Source: Rhodospirillaceae bacterium (lineage in GTDB: Bacteria; Pseudomonadota; Alphaproteobacteria; Rhodospirillales; CALINB01). Taken from it: DNA of 64,000 nucleotides. This document shows, piece after piece, positions 51,104-59,145 of this stretch. The notes beneath the pieces are model-generated. The model saw nothing but the letters and a program-made list of their open reading frames with translations, searched no databases and was not told the origin of the DNA. A program made the translations under genes and the position numbers. The stretch's first letter is position 1. Every line of letters starts with the position of its first letter. The stretch covers positions 323 through 64,322 of the forward strand of contig JAYNQW010000007.1 of NCBI GenBank assembly GCA_038114465.1, in the 5' to 3' direction.

Positions 51104-52207
51104 ATGAACAATAATTCAGCTGATGGCGATATTAAGCGCTATCCAATCGAAACGGTACGGACTCAAATTGAGAATTGTTTGACCGCCTGGGGCATGACGG
51201 AGGCAAACGCGAAACTCACATCGGAAGTGATGGTCGATGCCGATACCTGCGGTATCGATACGCACGGCATTTCCATGCTGACCGTCTATCACGGCCGCCA
51301 TCGTAACAACTACATCACCCTCGCCGCCGAGCCGATTACCGTCAATGAAACGCCGGTCTCTGCCCTCATTGATGCCGGCGGTGGCCTCGGTTATGTCGCC
51401 TCGATTAAGGCCACCGAAACGGCCATTGCGAAAGCTCAACAGGCCGGCATGGCCGCCGTCGCCGTGCGTAACTCCGCCCACTTCGGCGCGACCGGTTATT
51501 ACACCCGCATGATGGCGCGCAAAGGCCTGGTCGGCATCGCGACCACGTCCGCCGTCGGGCGCAGCGTCGCACCGACCTTCGGCAAGGAACCGAAATTCGG
51601 CACTGACCCGATTGCGTTTGCCGCCCCGACGAAACGAAATAAGATTTACAGCCTCGATATGGCGACGACGACGGTCGCGCGCGGCAAAATCCGCAACAAA
51701 TATAACGAGGGCCAGCCGGTACCCGTCGGCTGGGTCAACGATAAAGACGGTAATCCCACGACCGACCCGGCCCTATTGATTGACGATCAGGGCGGCACGC
51801 AAACACCCTTAGGCGGGACGCGCGAGTCCGGCAGCCACAAAGGATACGGCCTCGGTATGATGGTGAATATCCTCTCGTGCGCGTTTTCCGGTGCGCGCAT
51901 CATGACCGGTGAGTTGGCCAACAAGCAACCCGTTCCCGGCACCATGGATGTCGGCCACTTTTTTCTCGCCATCGATCCGAAAATTTTCGCACCCGACCGC
52001 CCGTTCGAAGAAGCAGTTGATGAAATGATCGACGATCTGCACGCCACCATCCCGGTCGACCCCAATCAGCCGGTCCTGGTCGCGGGCGAGCCGGAGGACA
52101 TCATCCGCGCCGAACGGGAAAAATCCGGCATCCCGATCCCCCCGGGCCTACGCGGCAAAATCGAAGAGGTGTGCCGGGACTCGAACGCGGAATTTCTGCT
52201 GACCTGA
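51104..52207 (+). CDS. Malate/L-lactate dehydrogenase family 2 (Ldh_2) oxidoreductase
   Basis: ATG 51104 is preceded by the RBS aaggagaa. Ldh_2 motifs are present (DTCGIDTHGISML, SAHFGATGYY, FGTDPIAFAAP, GSHKGYGLGMM). Confidence 0.8.
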   Translation: MNNNSADGDIKRYPIETVRTQIENCLTAWGMTEANAKLTSEVMVDADTCGIDTHGISMLTVYHGRHRNNYITLAAEPITVNETPVSALIDAGGGLGYVASIKATETAIAKAQQAGMAAVAVRNSAHFGATGYYTRMMARKGLVGIATTSAVGRSVAPTFGKEPKFGTDPIAFAAPTKRNKIYSLDMATTTVARGKIRNKYNEGQPVPVGWVNDKDGNPTTDPALLIDDQGGTQTPLGGTRESGSHKGYGLGMMVNILSCAFSGARIMTGELANKQPVPGTMDVGHFFLAIDPKIFAPDRPFEEAVDEMIDDLHATIPVDPNQPVLVAGEPEDIIRAEREKSGIPIPPGLRGKIEEVCRDSNAEFLLT

Positions 52208-53025
52208 TGGCGAACAAAGAAACATTACGGGTCGGGCTTGCCGGTTTCGGTTCCATCGGGCGCACTGTCGGCAATGCGCTTAATGACGGCATTCCGGGAC
52301 TGCGTTTGAGCGCCGTCGCCGTGCGCGACCAAGATAAGGCAAAGTCTCATCTTAATACGTATAAACACGACATTCCTCTCGTCTCTCTCAATCAGCTACC
52401 GGGTTATGCCGACATCATCGTCGAAGCGACATCCCGTCATTCATTTAAAGACGCCGTGGCACCGGCCATCGAAGCCGGCAAAACAGTGATCACGGCAACC
52501 GTCGGCGGTTTATTGCTTCACGATGACCTGATCCAACGCGCAAAAGAGACCGGCGCGCGGATCATTGTACCGACCGGCGGCCTGGCCGGTTTCGATGCGA
52601 TGCGCGCAGCCGCGGAAGGAACGATACACTCGGTTCAGCTCACCACGCGCAAACCGCCGCACAGTTTGCATGACGCCCCGGTCCTTCAGGAAAAAGGCAT
52701 CGATCCGAAGAACTTAAAAGAACCGGCATTACTGTTCGAAGGTTCCGCGCGCCAGGCGATCGGCACCTTCCCGGTTGGCCTCAACATTGCTATCGCCTTG
52801 AGCATGGCCGGTGTCGGCCCGGACAAAACCAAGCTCGCGGTGTGGCTCGATCCAACCGTCTCGCGCAACGTGCATAAGGTGGATGTGGACGCCGACAGTG
52901 CCGCTTTCACCATGACCATGGAAAGCGAACCCGCCGAAGACAACCCGCATAGTGCGAAAATCGCGGCGCTGAGCCTGCTCGCCGCCCTGCGCAGCCTCAC
53001 CGCGACCATGAAAGTCGGAACCTGA
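52207..53025 (+). CDS. Aspartate dehydrogenase domain protein (NadX-like), paralog 1
   Basis: LRVGLAGFGSIGRTVG Rossmann N-terminus, the IVPTGGLAGFDAMRAA motif and the C-terminal NPHSAKIAALS...MKVGT. The start overlaps the upstream stop (TGATG). Confidence 0.75.
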   Translation: MANKETLRVGLAGFGSIGRTVGNALNDGIPGLRLSAVAVRDQDKAKSHLNTYKHDIPLVSLNQLPGYADIIVEATSRHSFKDAVAPAIEAGKTVITATVGGLLLHDDLIQRAKETGARIIVPTGGLAGFDAMRAAAEGTIHSVQLTTRKPPHSLHDAPVLQEKGIDPKNLKEPALLFEGSARQAIGTFPVGLNIAIALSMAGVGPDKTKLAVWLDPTVSRNVHKVDVDADSAAFTMTMESEPAEDNPHSAKIAALSLLAALRSLTATMKVGT

Positions 53026-53163
53026 ATCCCGACGGTTTTAATCGGTAAATTTCCGTAGATCTTTGATTTTATTGATTAAATTGAGTGACGATGGTCACTG
53101 TGCTTTAGCCCGGTTTCTGTGATAATCTCTACCTAACGTATTAAGGATTGAAGGATTTCAGCC

Positions 53164-53988
53164 GTGGCTGAGGAAGTAACCCTGAACGCCGGACAGCAGA
53201 CGGCCTTGTCGATTTTGCAAGGAACGTCGGCACAGACCGAACGCACGACAGAACGCCTGTCGACAGGACGGCGGGTCAACAGTGCCATCGATGATGCGCA
53301 GGCTTTTTTGCTATCGCGAAATCTGGATACGCGGGCGGCCGAACTGCAGGCCTCGCGCGATGACATCGGCCAAGCGGTGAGTTCTATCGGTGCTGCGCAA
53401 AACGGTTTGGAAGCTATTTCCAACCTCACAGGTCAGCTTGAAGGGATCGCGACGGCGGCCCGGGGCGGCACGGCTCAAGAACGCTCGGCGGCAGCTGCCC
53501 AGTTTGATGAGATTCGCAATCAAATAGACAACATCGCACGCGACGCGAGCTTCAACGGCACCAATCTGATTGCCTCGACGCCGAGCAACGTGAACGTTTC
53601 TTTCGATGAAAATAGCGACTCGGACTTAACGATTTCCGGTTCCGCTTCCGATACTGCTGCCCTCGGCATTAGCGATGCAACCGGTACGAATAACAATTTT
53701 GCCACCGACGCCGATATCGAAAACGCATTGGCCAAAGTGCGCCAAGCATCCGACTCCATCCGCTCGACATCGGCAAGTTTCGGCGCGGACGCGGCGATCT
53801 TGAACACCCGCGATGAATTCGCCGCCGATCAGGTTAACATTTCGCGCGATGCGTCCGACCGTCTGGTCAACGCTGACCTGAACGAAGAGGCCGCCCGGCA
53901 GGTTTCCCTGCAGACCCGTAACGGTTTGGCCACGGCCGGCCTTAACATTGCCAATCAAAGCGAACGGGCTGTCCTCGACCTCTTCTAA
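53164..53988 (+). CDS. Flagellin (short Caulobacter-type, 274 aa)
   Basis: The N-terminal (RLSTGRRVNSAIDDAQ) and C-terminal (VNADLNEEAARQVSLQTRNGLATAGLNIANQSERAVLDLF) D0/D1 helices match flagellin conserved regions. GTG start. Confidence 0.85.
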   Translation: MAEEVTLNAGQQTALSILQGTSAQTERTTERLSTGRRVNSAIDDAQAFLLSRNLDTRAAELQASRDDIGQAVSSIGAAQNGLEAISNLTGQLEGIATAARGGTAQERSAAAAQFDEIRNQIDNIARDASFNGTNLIASTPSNVNVSFDENSDSDLTISGSASDTAALGISDATGTNNNFATDADIENALAKVRQASDSIRSTSASFGADAAILNTRDEFAADQVNISRDASDRLVNADLNEEAARQVSLQTRNGLATAGLNIANQSERAVLDLF

Positions 53989-54010
53989 CGGCTTTTGAAA
54001 GTCGTCTCCC

Positions 54011-54397
54011 ATGAACACGCCGAATTACAACGCGTATCAACAGGCGCAAAAGTTGGCGATCACACCTTCGGCGGCGGAATCGGCGAGCCTCAGCCGGGCC
54101 GCGGTGCTACTCGAACAAGCCAAATCGAATGTGAAAGATTTTAAGGCGTATTCGACGGCGCTAAACTTCAATCAGAAGTTTTGGACCATTCTCCAGGCGG
54201 ACTTGACGTCCGACGGCAACCGTTTGCCGGACGAATTGAGGGGCGATCTTTTGAGCCTCAGCGTTTTCATCAACAAGCAAACGGTCAAGGCGCTTTCCGA
54301 TCCGAATCCTGAGCACCTCGACGTGCTGATCGATATCAACAGAAACGTTGCTCAAGGCCTCAGAGACCAGTCCAATCGCGAACAGGCAAGTTCGTAA
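54011..54397 (+). CDS. flaF: Flagellar biosynthesis regulator FlaF
   Basis: 128 aa with the FlaF-like pattern (YQQAQK ... FNQKFWTILQADL ... LPDELRGDLLSLSVFI). Immediately downstream of flagellin. Confidence 0.75.
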   Translation: MNTPNYNAYQQAQKLAITPSAAESASLSRAAVLLEQAKSNVKDFKAYSTALNFNQKFWTILQADLTSDGNRLPDELRGDLLSLSVFINKQTVKALSDPNPEHLDVLIDINRNVAQGLRDQSNREQASS

Positions 54398-54460
54398 TCA
54401 AACCGCCCGTTGCGCTCCCGACCATCAATGTACTAACAATAAACGCAGCTCTACAGCGGA

Positions 54461-55768
54461 TTGGAAACAGGACCCTCGCCCGTGCCGGACAAAAAACTGA
54501 CGACCATCGAAAAGGCGCTGGCGCTCAATTTCGATCCGTTGAAATACGGCACCATCGTCGAAATCGGCGCCGGTCAGGAAGTATCGCGCTGGTTTTTTCA
54601 GGCTGGTGGAGCCGCCGGTTCCATCGCTAAAACCATGTCCGCCTATGACATGGACGTCAGCGACGACATCTACGGCGTCACGGCCGATAAGCGCTATGTC
54701 TCAAAAGACCGCCTCGAACGCATGCTCAAACGTGAGTTCGAGCTAAACATTTCCCGCCTGCAAGATAAGCGCTCCGAAGACTCGCAATACTTTGCCTTTG
54801 CCAACACCGTGGCCGCGCAAGGCTTTAAAAAACGCGAGGAATGCCACGGCTGGCTCGGCATCCGCCTGCAACTCACACCGCAATCGGAGCCGGACGATAT
54901 CATCCTGCATGTGCGCATGCTCGACGACCTGCCGCACAACCAGCAAGAGGCGCTCGGCATTCTCGGCGTCAATCTGATTTACGGCGCATATTTCCTTAAC
55001 AAGGAACCGGAAGCCCTGCTCAGCAGCCTGATGGACAACCTGCGCTGGGGACGCATCGAGATCGACCTGGTCGAGTTTCGCGGCCCCACGCTCGGCGCCA
55101 TCGACGACCGCCTGATGGCGCTTCATCTCGTGAAGGAAAGCCTCACTCGCGCCGTGATGTTCGACCTCAACGGCATGATCGTGATCCCGGCGGACACGCT
55201 TTATAAGCAGAGCGTTTTTGGTATTCGCGGTGCCTTTCATACTGTTTCCGATACGGATATCGGCATGTTTAACCATGCCAAGGAAAAGTTCTTAAAAAAA
55301 CCGAATGTCGACGGCAATAAAACGGTTTCCATCGCCGAAATGACCATGGCCGACATCGCTAACGAAGAAGGAATCGATACCGCCGATTTTCTCCGGCGTG
55401 TCGATGCCCTGTCGGCGCAAGGGTTCTATGTTTTGATATCGGAGTTCTTCCGCTATTTCCGGGTGCGTCAATACCTCGGACGCTATACCCGCGAACCGGT
55501 GGCGATCGTCAGCTATGTCAACGGTTTCGCTGAAATCATTCGTGAAGATTATTATCAAGGTTTGGATGGTGGTATTCTCGAGGGACTCGGGCAACTGTTC
55601 ATTGGCGACACCACGTTTTACATCTTCCCGAATATCGAAGACGGCAAAATCGCCGAGCCGAAAGTCAGCCTCAATGACCTGCCGATTGCCGGTGAACTGC
55701 GCCCGCTGGTGACGTACCTGCACCAGCGCGGACAAATCGTACCCATCGACGATTTCTCGTTGGAATGA
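54461..55768 (+). CDS. Conserved hypothetical cytoplasmic protein (435 aa), function unknown
   Basis: Long uninterrupted ORF with coding-like composition, and a conserved-looking N-terminal block (YGTIVEIGAGQEVSRWFFQAGGAAGSIAKTMSAYDMDVSDDIYG). No TM helix or signal peptide, and no catalytic motif I can name. The start is uncertain (TTG 54461 or GTG 54482). Confidence 0.6.
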   Translation: METGPSPVPDKKLTTIEKALALNFDPLKYGTIVEIGAGQEVSRWFFQAGGAAGSIAKTMSAYDMDVSDDIYGVTADKRYVSKDRLERMLKREFELNISRLQDKRSEDSQYFAFANTVAAQGFKKREECHGWLGIRLQLTPQSEPDDIILHVRMLDDLPHNQQEALGILGVNLIYGAYFLNKEPEALLSSLMDNLRWGRIEIDLVEFRGPTLGAIDDRLMALHLVKESLTRAVMFDLNGMIVIPADTLYKQSVFGIRGAFHTVSDTDIGMFNHAKEKFLKKPNVDGNKTVSIAEMTMADIANEEGIDTADFLRRVDALSAQGFYVLISEFFRYFRVRQYLGRYTREPVAIVSYVNGFAEIIREDYYQGLDGGILEGLGQLFIGDTTFYIFPNIEDGKIAEPKVSLNDLPIAGELRPLVTYLHQRGQIVPIDDFSLE

Positions 55769-55790
55769 TTGACCGGGAACTTAAGCGGGT

Positions 55791-56642
55791 TTAAGCCCCG
55801 CGCTCCCAGCCCCACCACCGGCAAAGCCCCTCGCCCATCACGAGTCTTTTATCGGCCTCGCTCAGCCACGGCAGTTCTTCGGTAAACATGGTCACGCATT
55901 CGCGCCAATGACACGGCATCTTGGAAATGTCCGTTCCCCAAAACACGCGCTCGGGGCCGAACGCATCGAACACTTGTTTCAAGTACCCCTGCATGACCGG
56001 AAACGGGTAAGCCTCGGCGGAATACCCCGGCAGACCGCTTGCTTTTACTGCAATATTCGGATACTTCACCAGCGCCAGCAAATCGGGGATATGCGTCATG
56101 GCTTCGGCGTCTTTCGACGATGTGCTGCCGCCGAGCCCGCCCAGATGATCGATCGTGATACGCAGCCCCGGATACCGCTCGGCGATGTGCCCTAACTCGG
56201 TGAGATGATCCGGCGATAACGTCGTCAGCGGCACGCCAGCGGTTTCGGCCGCCGCCCAAATTTCCTCCAGCTCGCCATCCTGCAACCGTTGCTGCACGGC
56301 TTTGCTCCGGAACGAAAACCGAAGCCCCAGCATGCCCGGTTCCGAGCGCCAATCCTCGATTTGTGCGCATGATGTCTCGACCGGCTGCGCCAACGGCATT
56401 AACCCCATGACGGCAAACCGCCCCGAGTATTGCCGCACCGCCGCGCGTGCCAAGTCGATCGCTTCCGGGCACCAACTCGGCGGCGTAATCACGGCGCCGT
56501 CGACCCCGGCTTCATCCATTAAAACGATCGCATCTTCAGCCAAGAACGATTTGATTTGCCAATGTACGGGGTTTTCCGGCAGCGCGTTCGCCCAAATGTG
56601 AATTTGCGCGTCGATCACTTGCAACGACCGATTAAGATTCAT
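55791..56642 (-). CDS. Amidohydrolase 2 family protein (lactonase/LigI-like)
   Basis: IDAQIHIW metal-binding N-terminus, then IDHLGG and GTD motifs. The start was set at ATG 56642; the longer ORF to 56882 overlaps the upstream CinA gene and encodes an Arg/Pro-rich artefact. Confidence 0.8.
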   Translation of the reverse strand: MNLNRSLQVIDAQIHIWANALPENPVHWQIKSFLAEDAIVLMDEAGVDGAVITPPSWCPEAIDLARAAVRQYSGRFAVMGLMPLAQPVETSCAQIEDWRSEPGMLGLRFSFRSKAVQQRLQDGELEEIWAAAETAGVPLTTLSPDHLTELGHIAERYPGLRITIDHLGGLGGSTSSKDAEAMTHIPDLLALVKYPNIAVKASGLPGYSAEAYPFPVMQGYLKQVFDAFGPERVFWGTDISKMPCHWRECVTMFTEELPWLSEADKRLVMGEGLCRWWGWERGA

Positions 56643-56649
56643 GAGACGC

Positions 56650-57135
56650 TTAGCCCTCGTCGCCAAGCACGCTTTCCATAAACGCCAAGGCTTCTTTGGT
56701 GAAACGCCACATGTTGCCTTCGCGTTCCGATTTGCCTGTTTCCAGCGTCTTCGCACGCTCAACCGGCCCGGCCATGGCGAAACAGGAATGCCCGGCGGCG
56801 TCACCATAGCGGTTGCCCGACGGTCCGCTCGCACCGGTCTCGCAAAAACCCCAAGTGGTACCGAGCTGTTCGCGTATGGCACGTGCCACGATCAAGGCGT
56901 ATTCCTCGGTGGATGCGCGCATGGTCGCGACCTCTTCGGGCAGGCCCAACAAGCCGCGCCGCGCGTCGCGGGTGTAGATCACCCCGCCGCCGACGAAGTA
57001 CGCCGAAGCACCCGGTACGGCCAACAACGCCGCCGAGATCAACCCGCCGGCGGACGATTCCGACACGGCGATGGTTTCCTTGCGGTCTTTTAAAATCGTC
57101 GAGACCGGCAATGCGATTGACGTGAGTTCGTTCAT
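56650..57135 (-). CDS. CinA C-terminal domain protein (PncC-like nicotinamide-nucleotide amidohydrolase)
   Basis: 161 aa with the IAVSESSAGGLISAALLAVPGAS and GTTWGFCETGASGP motifs typical of the CinA/PncC deamidase domain. Confidence 0.8.
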   Translation of the reverse strand: MNELTSIALPVSTILKDRKETIAVSESSAGGLISAALLAVPGASAYFVGGGVIYTRDARRGLLGLPEEVATMRASTEEYALIVARAIREQLGTTWGFCETGASGPSGNRYGDAAGHSCFAMAGPVERAKTLETGKSEREGNMWRFTKEALAFMESVLGDEG

Positions 57136-57141
57136 GGATGA

Positions 57142-57855
57142 TTACGTTTTCGACTTCTGCACAAAAAATAAATAAGCGTGCGAAATAAATGAAACGCTTA
57201 GCGCCATGACAAATATGTATCCAAAGACGGATATAGTCAGCAACACTATTGTTAACATCCAGCTATTTGGGAAATTTGGAATAGTTGCTCGCTCAATTAA
57301 CATAAACAGAAGATTAATTGGCAGAACAACAAAAATAGCGCCAAAAAATAATTGAATTGTATTTCCAGTGGTAATTCGCCATGAACGAGAAATGTTTACA
57401 GTCGAATCCTCAATTGCAGACGCTGGCAACACCAAAACAAGTCTAGCCGTAAATATATAAACTAAGAACGCGGGTATCATTGAAATAATAAAAATTACAC
57501 TCGATGACAAACCAGGTGACACACCTGTTGGCATAAAAATAGTTCTATGAATAAAACCAACAGCTCCGGTTTTACTTAACAAAATTGGCACCCCAATTGA
57601 AAGTAGAATTGGGATAATTATAATTAATACCAATAACAGTGAATAACCCAGGAAATTAAATTCGATATTGCGTAACCGAACGAATGCTAAATGCGCCGTT
57701 TTTTCATTCAGAATTATCGAACGATGCCAGTTAACCGCCCACATCGCCCAAAGCAAAAAGCCTAAGATAAACTGTAAGACAACCAAATACGGCAATCTGA
57801 ATTGATCGATGATCAAACCGATCACGACAAAGCCGAGAATAAGAATCACCATCAA
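57142..57855 (-). CDS. Polytopic membrane protein in an AT-rich island; the frame extends upstream to ATG 57966 across an in-frame TAA
   Basis: About 6 TM helices. The same frame upstream reads M-N-E-TAA-TPVNDKLPFWGTIGNAYSTSFNNFGYLLKFSWPL..., with the RBS gaggggg before ATG 57966. As listed, the ORF starts at TTG/ATG 57855/57852. Confidence 0.6.
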   Translation of the reverse strand: MMVILILGFVVIGLIIDQFRLPYLVVLQFILGFLLWAMWAVNWHRSIILNEKTAHLAFVRLRNIEFNFLGYSLLLVLIIIIPILLSIGVPILLSKTGAVGFIHRTIFMPTGVSPGLSSSVIFIISMIPAFLVYIFTARLVLVLPASAIEDSTVNISRSWRITTGNTIQLFFGAIFVVLPINLLFMLIERATIPNFPNSWMLTIVLLTISVFGYIFVMALSVSFISHAYLFFVQKSKT

Positions 57856-58031
57856 CGGCCAGGAAAATTTTAATAAATATCCAAAGTTATTAAATGACGT
57901 GCTGTACGCGTTGCCGATGGTTCCCCAAAACGGCAGCTTGTCGTTTACCGGTGTTTATTCGTTCATTGTACCCCCTCATTTTATGTTATAAAAAACTTAA
58001 CACTAAAATCAGAAGGCGGCAATGGAGCCGG

Positions 58032-59129
58032 CTAACGCTCGATTTTCAAAATTTTCTGCAACGTGCCGCCGAGGATCGCTTCGAGGTCGTCGTCGCTGAG
58101 GCCCGGCGTGCTGAGAATGTGCGCGATGGGATTGATATTCGCCATGCCGGCCGGATGATCCGTCCCCATGACCATTTGGCTCACGCCGCACTCGTTGATG
58201 AGGTGGCGCAGGTTTTCGGTGCCGAACACCAGGGTGTCGAAATAAAGCTGTTTTAGGTAATCGCTCGGCTTCTTTTTCTCTTCGCCGCGCCCGCCCCGGT
58301 CATTGCTGTTATGCCCGTGATCGTAACGGCCGATGTAAGACGGTAACAACCCGCCACCATGCGCGGCGACGATCTTCAAGCCCGAATAGGCATCGAGCGT
58401 TCCGTCGTAAATCATGTGCGCGAGCGCGATGGACGTATCGAGCGGATTGCCGATAATGTTCTGCAAGTGCCCGCGGCCCTCGAGACGTTCGCCCGCTTCC
58501 GGGAAATGCGACGGGTGCAGGAAGATGACCGCGTCCAGTTCTTCCGCCTTGGCCCAGAACGGTGCAAATTTTGGATCGGACAGCTCGTCGCCGTTGATAT
58601 TGGTGTTCACGATCGCGCCGCGCAGGTTCAGCTTCTTGACGGCGTATTCCAACTGTTCGGCGGCGAGGTCCGGATGCTGCAAGGCGGCGATGGCAAAACC
58701 GACGAACCGGTCGGGATAGTTTTCACAAATCTCGGCGACCTTTTCGTTTTGCAATTTTACATGCGCGACCGCCAGATCGTAATCCGCCCAATAAAAATGA
58801 TGACCGGTGCCGACGCTCAGCGCCTGCATGTCGATGCCCATGGCGTCGATCTCGGCGAGGCGCGTCGGGATATCGGCCACCCTAGAGCGGGTTTTATGCT
58901 CGAACGGATTCTTTTTGCCCTTGAATTCGGGACGGTCCTTAAACAGCGGCCAGGCATCCGCAATCTGGCAATGGGCGTGCACGTCGATGGTCAGCATCCG
59001 CTTGCCGTTGACGGTCACGGGACGCGGGGTTTGACACTCAATCGTCGAAGGATTTTTTTCGAACGCGGGCTTGTCCGCGTGGTAGTGCAGATCACAGCCG
59101 ACGAATTCGACGCCACTTGGTTCCGACAT
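58032..59129 (-). CDS. Amidohydrolase 2 / ACMSD-like metal-dependent hydrolase or decarboxylase, copy A
   Basis: IDVHAH metal-ligand motif, later His residues, and the GTDHP Asp ligand motif. 365 aa with an N-terminal extension of about 45 aa. Confidence 0.85.
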   Translation of the reverse strand: MSEPSGVEFVGCDLHYHADKPAFEKNPSTIECQTPRPVTVNGKRMLTIDVHAHCQIADAWPLFKDRPEFKGKKNPFEHKTRSRVADIPTRLAEIDAMGIDMQALSVGTGHHFYWADYDLAVAHVKLQNEKVAEICENYPDRFVGFAIAALQHPDLAAEQLEYAVKKLNLRGAIVNTNINGDELSDPKFAPFWAKAEELDAVIFLHPSHFPEAGERLEGRGHLQNIIGNPLDTSIALAHMIYDGTLDAYSGLKIVAAHGGGLLPSYIGRYDHGHNSNDRGGRGEEKKKPSDYLKQLYFDTLVFGTENLRHLINECGVSQMVMGTDHPAGMANINPIAHILSTPGLSDDDLEAILGGTLQKILKIER

Positions 59130-59145
59130 CAGTTTTTCTCCCGCG

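Noticed and set aside
52171-52206. Upstream extension of aspartate-dehydrogenase paralog 1 (the listed ORF starts at 52171).
   Set aside because: The extension overlaps the end of the Ldh_2 gene. The Rossmann N-terminus aligns with paralog 2 when starting at ATG 52207 (TGATG stop-start overlap).
53026-53163. Sigma-54 or sigma-28 (TAAA-N15-GCCGATAA) flagellar promoter upstream of the flagellin gene.
   Set aside because: No GG-N10-GC element with correct spacing is present, and there is no GCCGATAA-like -10 element. The promoter class cannot be assigned from sequence alone.
55791-56882. Full-length 363-aa version of the amidohydrolase ORF.
   Set aside because: The first 80 codons overlap the CinA-like gene and encode an Arg/Pro/Trp-rich sequence with no homology features. 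The canonical amidohydrolase N-terminus (MNLNRSLQVIDAQIHIW) begins at ATG 56642, 7 nt after the upstream gene's stop.
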